Shown piece after piece: positions 14,201 through 26,123 of a stretch of 64,000 nt of DNA (the first letter of the stretch is position 1; the number at the start of each line of letters is the position of its first letter). Under the pieces are notes generated by a model. It ran no database searches. It saw only the letters and a program-made list of their open reading frames with translations, and had not been told where the DNA came from. Source of the stretch: Klebsormidium nitens (taxonomy: Eukaryota > Plantae > Klebsormidiophyceae); NCBI GenBank assembly GCA_000708835.1, contig DF237217.1:1-64000 (forward strand), given 5' to 3'. Both the position numbers and the translations under genes were made by a program.

Positions 14201-17200
14201 GTTTCAGGCCGAAATGATCGGGACTCCAAGCCATGACGGTCATGTCTTTGGTCTTGCCGCAATGTGACGGAATGCCTTATGAGCTAGAGAAGGTGAAAAC
14301 CCTACAAACGCCTCAGCTTCTGAAAATCAAAAGGGTTGTAGAGAACCAAAAATGGGTACGTCCGGTACAAGTGCTCACTCGACCGCGAAGAGATCAAATG
14401 TATCGTGTTTCCACGCGACAGCCCTCAGTACTTGCATTTCGCGCTTTTCAAGTGCCGAAAAGCTAAAACGCTACAGCTCTTTGCGAGCAGCCTGCCGATC
14501 TAAGTTAGCGAGGGAGCCTTTAAAGGTAAGATGACTAAATTAGTCGAGTCTGCGACACTGTAGTGATAACTAAGTTGACTAACTTTGTGAGCCTCGTCCT
14601 CTTTTTAGGATCGGCAGGTTGCTAAAATGAGCTGTATAATATAATCACAGAGCGTTTTCACTTCTGAGAGCCTTATAGAGCTCACCGGACTGCGGTCGAC
14701 GAACTCGGAGTTCCTGGCAATGGCGGTCACGTGCTTGCGCTTCAAGGATTGCCCTGTAATGGTGACAACCCCAAGAGGCTGAAAGTCTTCGAGGCTAATC
14801 CCTCTCTTTCTAGAAATCTCGGTCGCTCACCCGACCGCGAAGAGGTCGACGAACTCGGGGTTCCAGGCGATGGCGGTCACGTGCTTGCGCTTGGCGCGCT
14901 CCGTGTAGAACTTCCAGAGCGGGAGGCACGTGCCCTCGCCGTCCCGGAACGCGTCGCTCGCGTCCTCCCAGTACTTGAAGTCCTGCGCGATGTCGTCGAA
15001 CGAGTTCTGGTTCACCATGCGCTCCACCACCTGAGAAGGAAAAGTGGTAAGTCAAGTTATTGAAATTTAGGCGTTTGGGGCTCAGACATATAGAGCCCTT
15101 CTCGAAGGGTTCGGTTCTTGATCTGTGCGAAAGTCTGCGCGGTGTCGTCGAACGAGTTCTGGTTCACCATGCGCTCCACCACCTGAGACAACGAGGACAG
15201 GAGTTTGCTCTCAGGGTTTTGGAACCCTTTTCATCGTGTCTAAAACGCCAAGGACACGATGATTTTGGAGCATACAGGCCGCGGAGAGAAAGCGTTCGGC
15301 ATCAAGATCTTCGCTTCTCGTTTGAAATCCTAAACAATGTTGCCGAATTCTGGTTCACCATGCGCTCCGCCACCTAAGAAAGCAGGAGGAGGTGTTGAAT
15401 TGCATGGTTCTGGAAGTGTGGGTGTTTTGATGTCGATGATTTAAAGTGAAAAGACTGCTTTAAGCAGTATTGCTTTCTATAATCCTTTCAATTCCTGTTT
15501 AGTGTCGTCGAGAGACTTCTGGTTCACCATGCGCTCCACCACCTGAGAGAGGAGGACAGGAGTTTGCTCTCAGGGTTCTGGAACCCTTTCTATCGTGTCC
15601 AAAACGCCAAGGACACGATAACTCTGGAGCATACAAGCCGCGAAGAGAAAGCTTTCGGCATCAAGACCTTGTTTGAAATCCTAAGCAATGTTGCCTGATT
15701 CTTTACCATGCGCTCCGCCACCTAAGAGAGCAGGAGCAGATGTTGAAATGCATGGTTCTGGAAGTGTGGGTGTTTCGATGTCGATGATGTGCAGTGTAGA
15801 GGCGGCAAAAAAGTGCTTAAAGCAGTTTTATTTTCTCAAATTATTTGAAGTCCTGCGCGATGTCGTCGAACGAGTTCTGGTTCACCATGCGGTCCACCAC
15901 CTGGGGAACAAAGGCGGTAAGTTTATTTCCAGGCATTTGGGGTTTGAGAATTCTGTAACATATAGAGGCCAGGATATGAGCCCTTTGGAATGTCCAATTG
16001 TTGACCCGTTCAGGAATCGGCGCAATGGTATCGAGATCGCCCTGGTCCACCATGGCTCCACTACTCGCGAAAAAATTCGAAGAATTTAGACGTTTGGGAC
16101 TGAGGGTGTTTTGAGGCCGCGAACCGAACGATCTAAGCGAAATCAGTCGAATGGAGATCCGGGCAGTGTCGTCGAAAGAGTTCTGATTCACCATGCGCTC
16201 CGCCATCTGGGCGTAGAAGGCGTTATTGGCTCTCAAGATTTCGTGACGCAGAGTTCTGAAGGGGATTAGGCTTCCTGAAGGATAGACGCCGCAAAAGGTG
16301 GGGTTAGCATGGGGGTTAGGGTGGGTAGGGGTAAGCACATGGCGGAACGACTTAGGGTTTGGGTGGTCGTCATCTTTCCTTAGGGTTTTACTTTTGAATC
16401 TCATGAATCAAGATTTTCGAGCTTGAGGGTCCTGCGCGGTATCGGTGAACGTATACTGGCTCACCAGGCTGTCCACCACCTGGGAGATCAAAATGCGGGT
16501 TTCATACCGACTTTAATGGAGTATCAGGCTCAAGCTAGAAAGGCCAGACGCTCGTCCGTCGCGAAAAGACTCTGGCGAAACGTTGACTTTCGGCATGTTA
16601 GACTAGAGATGACAACAGTACCTAACGCTTCCTAACCAGCTTTTGCTGTTGCTTATCACGCACTTCGTGAGATACAAAGAGGAAAACGAGACGCGGCGTT
16701 GAAAGAGGTTAGGATTTGCTCTTATCACCAGGACAGGAGGTCCGCACAAGTGCAGGCTCTTTTGTCAGTCTTAGGGTTTACCTTGACCGCCTTCGACATG
16801 GCTTTGTTGTGCACGACGCTCTCGGTCTCCTCCTTTCTGGGCGGCCCGCTGCCGCTCGTCCCCGCGTTGCCGTCGCCGGACATGCTCTTCCGGGGCCCAT
16901 CGGTGAAAGAAGCGCCCGTACCCTTATTCTGCGGGAAGGGTGGGAGGGTTGATGGGTTGTCTTGCGTGCAATCGGAAATGGAAGGCAGAAAAACCCTAGT
17001 TTGCAGGAAGCAGAACGCGGGGGTCACTGTGACGTTCACAGAGCTCTTCCGGGCCCCATCAGTGAAAGAGGCAGCCGTACCCTTATTCTGCGGGGGCGGA
17101 AACCGAGGGTTAACGAAACACTTGCGTGCGGTCGAAATCAGGAGGCAGAAAGACCAATTTTTGGCAGAAAGCAGACTGAAGGGGGTAATGTGAGATACGA

Positions 17201-20200
17201 AAAAACGAGGTGCCATTCTGGGAAGATGTAGACAAAGCCCTGATACGCAGGATGGTAAACCGCAGCGTTTAGAAGTAGTGGAGCATCACAGAGCATCCGC
17301 GAAGGAGGAAGAGAAAGCCCCAGTTAGCAATTAGAAAAAAGGTTGAAACAAGCCTTCAGAACCCCTCAGCCCCATGCCCCATTGCAGCAACTGGTTCTTT
17401 ATGAGTAAGCAGGAACATCACGGCAAAACATCGCCGTTAGATTACGCTAGAAGCGCTCCCGCCCGATGTTCGTGCAGAACCAGATCACGTCAACAATGAT
17501 TTGTGTTATACAAGCCTGACCACCACTTTGAAGCCTTGGAACATTACAGGCGGACAATCAATGTGAAGACGGACAAGACCCTGCTTTTCTGAGCTTGCAA
17601 GACCTGTGTCGTCCGGTAAGATCGACGTTCAAAAGAAGATCAAGATGAAGTGGAGAAGAAGCAGAAAGACCCCTTTTGACTTCAAGAGTTGGGTCTCCAA
17701 TGCCTGCAAGCATGCGTCACTTTCTTAGGGAACACACGCATAGGCAACTCCGCCTTCAACAATCCCAAAGAATACATAGTTTGACGGAAGAAGCTATTCG
17801 AGACGGAGAAAGAAATGAAGGCAAGGCTCACCTTTCTTAGCTCCTTATTCAACCGCTGCCGCTCCTGGTCCTCCATGTATCCGTCGAAGATGGCCCACTG
17901 CAGAGAGGCCACGTGTGAGTTCGACATCCGAAAACGTGCCAGAGACGGTAATGGGATTGAACAACACGTCTACTGAAAGCTAGTGCAGTCAATCCGACTT
18001 GCGAGCAGGCTTGATTACCAGCGGAACTTATGCTCGACGGGCCGAAAAGCATGGGGGGAACACGCATTATGCACCCTTCTGCGTGGCCATGCCGCAAAAG
18101 TCGTTGTTGTTCGTCGACTTGATCGCTTTTGAACGGGTGTATCAGGATTCAAAGTTCCTAAGACGAGACCCCGTCCAGCACAAAGAACGAGCTTCTCAAT
18201 TCCTGGAGCATAAATCCACGATACCAATCCTTGTAGCCATGCGACTGAAGTACCAAACTCCTCACCCTGAATCCCAACCCTAAATCCTGGCCCTGAAACC
18301 CTGGATTGCCAAACCCTATCAACCGCAGATGCAAGATTCAGGGTTTCACCTGCGTGGCCATTCCGCAAAAGTCGTTGGTGTGCGGCGGCTCCGTCGCGGT
18401 CGCGCGGTCGCGCGTGGGGTTGTTGTACGTCTGCGCCGCGCGCTCGCTGAAGTTGAACGAGTTGCGCAGGTCCATGCTGTCGTCCACCAGCTCGTCCTCC
18501 CCGCCCGCAGGCTTGCGCGCGCGCGCCTCGAACGCCGCCTGCGGTAGATTGCTGACCTTAGAAAAGATATCTGCTGACGTCAGGACATCTGCATCTTGTG
18601 GTTGCAAGATAGATTGCTGTCGTCCACCAGTCGTCCTCCCCGCCCGCCGGCTTGCGCGCGCGCGCATCGAATGCCGCCTGCAAAGACAGTCGGTGACGTC
18701 AGCACGGCGACGTCAACAGAGAGTGCTGACGCCAGCGCATAGGCGCACGTTTCAAATTGTAATGGCTGTCCTCAATAAGCTCGTCCTCCTCGCCCGCGGG
18801 CTTGCGCGCGCGCGCTGAAACACCACCTGTGATGAAAAGTTACTGACGTCAGAAAAGGTCTGCTGACGTCAGACATCTGACCACTTTGATTGCGCAGACA
18901 TCGTTGTCGTCCACCAGCTCGCTGTCCGTCCCGCCCGCAAATTTGTGCGCTTGCGCCTCAAAAGCTGCCTGCAAAAACTGCCGTCAGCAAAAGCGTGTTT
19001 CTGCCTGTATTGCACAAGAGAATGCTGACGGAAGGACGCAGAACAAATCGTCGTCAACCAACTCGTCCTTCCCAATGCTGCTTGGGGAAAAGGGTGGACA
19101 GATGCAGCAGTTCTTTGACATATTGTCGTGTCCTTTGTTCTCAAAGTACTCTTCCCCAATACGCCTGACATGCTTCTCAAAAGCATACACCAATTAGCAA
19201 GCGCAAGCCTTCCCTGGCATCTGATCCTATCCTCTTTTCAGTGCACATCATCAGCCCGAACAATCCGAACGCTGACGTCATGCCCTCTTTCCAGCGCACG
19301 TCATCACCCCGAGACACCCCCTTCACCAACTCCTCTAGCTTGCCCGTTTCTCATCCATATTTCTAACCACCCAACTGCTGACGTCATGCTCACCCGCGCG
19401 TCCGCCTCCTGCCGCTCTAGTTCCATCTGGCGCCCCGCCTCCTCGCTGTCCTTGTTCAGCATCCAGCCGTCCGATGAGAAGTGCACCATCGTCTGGTCGA
19501 CCATCGGATCGAACTTGAACTGCCGCTCCTTGTACGTGAATCGGGCGATGTTGTGGGGGGCGAACCTGCAGGGATAAGTTCTCCGGGCTTGTTGACTGGG
19601 GGGGTGAATGGGATGCGGATGAATAGGTGATCTACCTTCGACATGAATTCCAGGTTCCTGGACAAGCGGACCATCGTCTGGTCGACCATCGGATCGAACT
19701 CAAACTGCCGCTCCTTGAACGTGAACCGGGCGATGTTATGGGGGGCGAACCTGCGGGAGCAGTCTCAATAAGAGCTCGGGACATATCAACTGGGACGTGA
19801 AGTCAGTGGGGGTGTTAAGAGTGCTTGGGTTCTTTTGATTATCCTGGGATAGTGTTGACACCACTGTTGGTTGACCGTCACTGGCTGAAACGGCATCTTG
19901 ATGCACGTCTTAATCATTAGATCACTAAGTTGAGAAAATCATAACCCTGATGGGTACTTCTGCAGGCTCTAGAATGCTCGCTTGACTTCTCGGGAGAAGT
20001 GGAACTACAAAACGTACTCTGTGCGAGTCCGGAAGCGACTCGTTCGTCGTGTCCAGCTCAATCGAAGCCTCCAGTAGCAACAGCGCACGCCTCCAGCGAC
20101 ATCACTCGCCCCGCAATCAATACATAATTTTTTATAGTCCCGTACAAGTCCGATCATCGCGGAGGGCTGAATTTGCGGTTCTGAAGTGGATGGGGAGGCA

Positions 20201-22370
20201 GAAAAAATGATCGTTCAGCAGGTCTAAAAAATTGAGCAATGTGCATCTCGCGCCGTAAGCTTACGGGTTGTTTGCGGTGAGCGTTTTGGTAATCTCCTCC
20301 TTGAGCTCTTCCGGCGTAAGCTTGAGCTGTTCAGGGGGCACCACCAGCTCCTTCTGGGGCTGCGAATGGAAAAGAACACGTCAAGATTTTCGTAAAGGCA
20401 ATGGAAGTTACTACTAATTCGAGTGTTCACAATAAGCAGAAGCCCCGGGCACGCAATTTGAAGCTACTAACCTAAAATATCACGCGCTCCGCAATCCCCA
20501 CCCACCCTAACCACCAAGCCAACCCTACTTGTCCCCGGGGTGCCTATGTTAGTGAACACTTCGTTTAGTGAACACTTCCGTTGCCAAGATAAGTTTTCTT
20601 CTCCACACTTCTACAATTTTCAAGTCGGAGGTCATGCAGTACCCTTGCTTGGCTTCCTAGGTCCCAAGAAACGTGAAGCCTATGCTTGGCATGCCAGGTA
20701 AAAAGTAGCCTCACAGGAGCGCCCTTTGGAAGAGGTGTTATGGACGGCAGCTACGCTTCTGTAGATAAAAGTGCGCCCTTCTAAGTTCTCTACGCCCCTG
20801 TAAGGCCCTCACTACCCGCTGTTTGGGCAAGGCAGAATTCCACCTTTTTCGAAGAAAGTGTTCATAGGAAAGGTGCTGAGCATTTCCACCCCCTTAGAGG
20901 CTAACCTTTCTCGACTGACCTACTTCAAAACTAATTGTGAATTTGGTTACGATACTCACCGGCTCCCAGTTGCCATCCGCTCTCTCTGGGGGCGCTCCAT
21001 TGACGATCTCGACCTGCTTCTTCACTTCTGTCTTCTCCGCCTTCTTTACCTCCACCTCCTCTTCAGGAGCGGGTGCAACTTTGCTTCCTTTTACATTCCG
21101 CGACGGTCGCACGCCACTCGCCGGTGAAGGCGCTTTTGTGGGGGCAGGGGAGGGGGCCTTGGCCGGGCTTGGACCCTTGGCCGAGGGGGGCTGCATAAGC
21201 AAAAGGGAGTGTGTATGAAACTGAGTGCTCATATTTACCACGTGTGTGACTTCTTGGATACTTGGTCAAGGGGGGGCTGCATAAGCACAGGGGACTATGT
21301 ATGAAGCTGAGTGCTTGTATCGTCCACGTGTGTAACCCTTGGCCCGAGTGGAGCTGCATTAGCGTAGGGAGATTGGATGAAGCTAAGTGCTTATAATTTC
21401 CCCCGCATATCTTCTCTCGGACCAACGGCTGAGGAGGGTTGCATAAGGGCACGGAATTGAGTGCTTATAGCTTCCGCTGTGTGCCTCTTCTTTTGTAGCA
21501 AGAATGCTTAGGTGTTTTCGCATGTAAGGCCGATAGTAAAATATGCCATCGCTTTGAAGTACAAGAACAATGATCAAGTTTGCGGCTACAATGAGCAGGT
21601 TTGATAGTGCAAAGTGGTTGTGTTGATGACAGTGATTGATGGTAAAACCTAAGAGGACGTGCATTTGCTGACTTGTGAATAGAGGTCATTGTGCTTGCCT
21701 GAGGACACTGTCTTGAAAGTAGTAATGTAGACAAGCAGTTGCTGAAACAAGGTGCTAAGAAATAAAGTGCGCACGGAAAGCACGGTTGGAAAATTTCGAA
21801 GAAAAGTGCCAATTCTGCATCCACTGAGGTCCTTTTTGAACAACAGTGCACCTCAGCAGGGCAAACCTATGCAGAACATATTGTAAAGAGGCAGGTGAAT
21901 CTATGTGGATCTGTCAAATGGCTGATGAAATGGCACCCTAGTGCCAGAGACCACCACCCCAGTCAATAAAAATGCCCTTCGCAACATGAAAGAGTCCATC
22001 GAAGTTTGTCAGGCAGCAAAGAGAATGGCCTTAGAGACTGGGCCTGGATAAGCAAACAAATCTCTGGAGAATCTGGATATACCTGTCCCACACGTGGTAA
22101 AAGGTCATGCCAAAAACATCATTGATCATTATCTGTTGCAGAGCTCCAGACAGCAAACAAAGGCTGGAAAAAGATGGGGGCAGCTTAGGTGTTACGAGCT
22201 CGTTAGTCAGTCTCAAATCCGTATGTACATCTTCTGTATCACTTATCATCAAGGAATCCCTTCTTTCTGCAGCAATAGACTGGGGCCCACCGCATTACTT
22301 CAGTGAGTCAACTCAGCTGTTGTATGTATGTTGGAGATCCGCCACTTACCTTCGCAGCCTTTGGAGGCAT
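11235..22370 (-). CDS. DNAI1: Axonemal outer-arm dynein intermediate chain 1 (IC78/ODA9-like WD40 protein)
   Basis: Exons 22370-22350 (MPPKAAK), 21190-20960, 20359-20265, 19565-19394, 18538-18350, 17897-17832, 16928-16782, 15030-14831, 14114-13856, 13337-13230, 13009-12809, 12311-12105, 11810-11712, 11396-11235. Recognised IC78 motifs: [84 protein letters not shown]. Confidence 0.93.
14373..14760 (-). repeat. Two decayed intronic copies of the 3' end plus donor of dynein exon 15030-14831
   Basis: 14373-14445 and ~14680-14745 align to the exon end (ctcacccgaccgcgaagaggtcgacgaactcggggttccaggcgatggcggtcacgtgcttgcgc). Both keep GTGAGC at the donor position. Confidence 0.8.
15130..16490 (-). repeat. 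Seven intronic copies of the acceptor plus 5' end of dynein exon 15030-14831, including a ~360-bp higher-order duplication
   Basis: The motif gagttctggttcaccatgcgctccaccac-ctg recurs, with the YAG (ctg/cta on +) at 15183, 15374, 15543, 15722, 15901, 16207 and 16480. Blocks ~15165-15520 and ~15525-15880 are near-copies of each other. Confidence 0.9.
17040..19760 (-). repeat. Further intronic exon-boundary duplications in the dynein gene
   Basis: 17040-17095 copies the start of exon 16928. 18070-18125 copies the end of exon 18538-18350. Four copies of that exon's start lie at ~18615-18685, ~18778-18830, ~18900-18975 and ~19045-19080. 19636-19760 copies the start of exon 19565. Confidence 0.85.
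21191..21460 (-). repeat. Three decayed copies (~80-bp period) of the acceptor of dynein exon 21190
   Basis: Variants of gggggg-ctgcataagc..gtatgaa.ctgagtgct at 21185, 21271, ~21350 and ~21435. Confidence 0.75.
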
Positions 22371-22899
22371 CTTTAGTTTACCGCCAGCGCCTTGGTGCTA
22401 CATGAGCTGGAGCTCATCCACTGGGTTGCTTCTGATGGTGCGCAGGTACCCGTATGCTTGTGAACATCCTTTGTGCGGTAGATGAGTTGGTGACACTCTC
22501 GTCTACTTTTTGGAATTCCAGAAATTGTAGAACATGCAATACTTGAACACTTCCAACTGCTGGTTACAATAAGCTAGATTGTTGGACCTTGTTCTGCCGC
22601 CCGTTCAATATTACCTTCTAGTGCAAACAAGACAGGGGCCTTTTCAGACTTAGCACCTCGGTTGTCCAAGGAGCTGTTTCCGACTACAAGCTACGATGAC
22701 TCGGAAAGTGCCCTTCACCAGCTAAAAGAAGACTTGCCCCCTGATGTCATACTAGGATCAGCGCCAAACTTCGAGCTCAAGAAGATGATATCTTCTGCGC
22801 TCAGATGGCCGTGTAAATTTTGGCGGAGCTTGCTCCTTTCCTCCGTTGGGCGCTGAGCTCCTTTGAATGCGGAAAGAGCGTCAAGCGAAAGGGATTGCT

Positions 22900-23400
22900 G
22901 CTCTTGCCGCCGAAGCCACGACCCTGTTGATCAGTGTCAGAATCTGTCTCGAGTGTCTGGCTCTACCTACGTTACTGTAGTAGGTAGTACGTGAGTCCCA
23001 GATTCAGGACTGGGAGGCAACAAAACGTCTCCCTGATTCGGGCTGGTGAGCAGGACGGGCAGGTTTGGATCCAGACCCGCGCGCGTAACTGCCTGCAAAT
23101 GACATATTTGCGCGGTCTGCGGCCGCGAGTATTATACATCCTGCGCGGCCGCGGCGCCGCGGCGCTTGGCAAACCTGCAGGGTTTGGAGGTTTGCAAGAC
23201 ATTCAAAAAGCCTGAGCTGACAGTGATCAGCATTGGCAAAGCGCAGCAAGAAAGCAGGCTGCGCAAGAGGAAGGCAAGACTCAAGAGGCTAGAGCCGTAG
23301 GGAAGACGAGTGTCAGTGAGCAGGGGTCAGGGTTCAAGAATACACACCGTATCTGCCGTAGCCGCTGCGGGTCGTGGGTGTTTTGCGTAGGTACATAGTG
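22900..23400. promoter_or_regulatory. Probable bidirectional promoter between DNAI1 (-) and NUP35 (+)
   Basis: The genes are head-to-head with start codons ~1.1 kb apart. A CG-rich core (gcgcggccgcggcgccgcggcgc) lies at ~23075-23170. Confidence 0.4.
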
Positions 23401-23447
23401 GCTGGAATTCGGACGGTAGTTGTCTTGAATCCTTTTGATCCGTCAAC

Positions 23448-26123
23448 ATGCAAGGAAGCATCCTCTTCCCTGCCGCAGCAACCCCGTCCAATGAAAATCA
23501 GCAGTTTCCGGGTTCCTTCATGCTGCCTGATGACGGAGCGAATGTTGGAAACCCTGGAAGTATGAAAACCCCAGGTGGGAGTGATGCATGGGGAGCGGGG
23601 AGTTTATTTGGTCGGCAAACACCTGGAAGGGGTGGGTTTGGGGCAGAGGCAACGCCAGCAGGTGAGGAACAAATTTTCTCTCCTCCTAAAAGATCTGAGT
23701 CCCTACCTGAGTTGGTAATGGTCATCCACTCTTTTCAATTCTTGCTTGACTGCAAGATAGAAAGAGCGATTCCAGTGCTGAAGTTTATTTGGAGTAGTAT
23801 AATATCTGTGTCTCCTTTTTTACACACTATATCTTGCCACCTGAGTGACGGCTCCGCACTAAAAACAGCTGACTTCGGCCTCCTCATAGGGTCTCAAAAG
23901 TCTGCAATGTTTGTTCGGTGAAGCTGATCGTGCAATGTGAGCCACGACTTCAGTCTTGAGTCCAGATTTCGTACTCCTGGTAGAAATTGCCTCGCCTGGT
24001 TCAAAAGTGACTTCAATGCTGCTGCCCACAATCATACAGCAACTCAGAAATTTGCCCCTTGGCTCCCTTTGGGTGCGGTTGCAACTGCATTGCAATCTCC
24101 CTGTTTTTGCCAGCGCAGCAACACTTGCATCCTGTTTGACTGAGATCAATAGGCTTCTAACCAAGGCAGCTCCTTTTGTGCTGATGCTTTGTACGGAGTC
24201 GCTATCTGCTTGAGGCCAACGGAACCGTTGATCTGACAGCGCCGAAAGCCATTTCAATGCAGAATCTTATACCAACTACTGCAAAATCAGTTACAAACAA
24301 CAATCAAGCTGGACGTATTGTGTTTCTTCACGCAGCCGCGAAAGGATCAACTCCCTACGCAAACCCCCGAAGCGCGGGCCGCACCCCCTCTCGCCCTATC
24401 TCCCTCCTCCTACATGACGTTGCAACCCCCAGTGCTCAGCCTCGGGGGGAGTACCACTCCAGTACCACACCAGGGGGGGGAAGCTCCAACCTATGGAGCA
24501 GATCCAATTCTGGTGCTGCCCCGCCCCCCCCACCCCCCCATCGAGACCCTCGGCGACTTCATTGACCGCACCCCTGAAGCAGCCACTCCCCCCCCTCAGC
24601 AAGCATTCAGCCCGGGAGTGTATGGTTCACCCCCCGGCGGGGGGATGTATGGATCCCCCCCCACGATGGGGGGTTTCGCGCCGCAGGGGGGGTTCGCTCA
24701 GCAAGCGTCGGGCCTTTGGAGTGCCTCTGGGAACCAGAGCTGGCCCCCTGCGCCGCCTCAGGATCAGTGGCAACACCCGCCGCAGTCTTCTGGGGGGGTC
24801 CCTGCGGCAGCAAACCAGACCCCTTGGAGGATGTTAAGCTTTGGCGGGGGTGCAGCGAGCCCTGAGAGGTCCCCCATGGCAGATAGTCCGGTGTCGGGGG
24901 TCGTGCAGTCGGGGGCCCTGCTAACGGTGCCGCAGTCGAGACCGATGGAAGGGATGCCACAGGCGGGGCGCTCGTCAGAGGACGACCGATGGGTCACCGT
25001 GTATGGGTGAGATCCCCGTTATGAAGCTTCCTCATGGTTTTGAGGGTGAACATGTTTGGGGAACGTTCGCTACACCAAGTACGCATGAAGTTGTACGACA
25101 CAAAGATTCCAATGCTCATCAACCTGTAGATCAGGATTCACATCAACCTGTAGACTGGTTAGAGAGCTGCTAACTTGTATTATGAAGTCCGTTGATGGCC
25201 GCCAGCAATTCGATAAAGTCAGGTAATCTCGCTGTGGTATAGCACCATCGTGTCGTCTGTTGGTATATCAACAAGCAGAAGTCCACGTTAGGATTAATCA
25301 ACTATCATGCAGGTTTGGACCGGATGACACCAATCTGGTGCTGCGCGAGTTCGAACGTTGCGGGCCAGTCGTGGAGCATGTGTTTGGCCCTCGGGGCTCA
25401 AATTGGATGCACCTTCAGTACCAGGTGCGTCTTAGCTCGGACTTCATGTTTTGAAACTCTGACCTAGCCTTGAATCCAACGGCCCGTCATCTGCGGCTTC
25501 TTCAGGTCACAAAAGGGTCCGCTTGGAAACCACTTTCCCGTAGCCTCCTAGACTGTTCCGGTTGACTGTTTTGCATGCCGTTGTGTTGCTCGTACTGTGT
25601 TGTTCTTCCAAGCTTCTGCCGATGCAATGCCTAGAAATTCGTCCTTGTAAGTACTTTGCATCTGGTCAGAGTTGCAAGGCTGACATGAGAAAGTACAGGC
25701 TGCGGTTTCTGGGATGTTTGGTCTAAAGCTTACACTTCTGCTTTCCCCGTTCCTCGTTAGGAACTTATGGTCCTTGTTTGTTACCCCTGTCCATTTTTCT
25801 CCTCGCAGAACATGTACGATGCGAGAAAAGCTCTTGCCAAAAATAGCGCCCAGCTGACCGGCTCACTGATCATCGGTGTGAAGCCGTTAGACCCTCAGCT
25901 TCGAGCTAGCATAACCCGAAAAGCGGAAGATAGTCAAACAGGGCAACAGACCGGTGTTGCCTCACCCCTCAGCAAAACCGTCTTTGGGCCCGGTCCTAAG
26001 ACACCTGCCCCCGCTTATAGGCCTTACCATTTGGAAACGGTCGATGGGGCAAAACCAACCGGCATCGCGCAGCCGAGCAAGTCTACGATGACAAAGGTCT
26101 TAGATTTCCTCTTCAGTGCTTGA
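23448..26123 (+). CDS. NUP35: Nucleoporin Nup35/Nup53 (RRM/MPPN domain)
   Basis: join(23448-23714, 24336-25006, 25313-25424, 25809-26123), phases consistent. Pro/Gly-rich N-terminus, then WVTVYGFGPDDTNLVLREFERCG.V.EHV.GPR.SNWMHLQYQN.YDARKAL.KN......SLIIGVKPLDP, matching plant Nup35. Confidence 0.92.

Noticed and set aside
15031-16490. CRISPR-like array of a ~30-bp repeat with variable spacers
   Set aside because: The repeat is the 5' end of the adjacent dynein exon. Spacing is irregular (150-340 bp), spacers are themselves duplicated, and there are no cas genes.
21465-22300. Separate gene inside dynein intron 1 (ORFs 21649-21843, 22031-22252)
   Set aside because: No coherent exon chain or recognisable motif. 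The MPPKAAK exon at 22370-22350 splices in phase directly to 21190.
24396-24960. G/C-run-rich antisense ORFs and G-quadruplex-like tracts in NUP35
   Set aside because: Explained by Pro/Gly codon usage in the low-complexity nucleoporin N-terminus.
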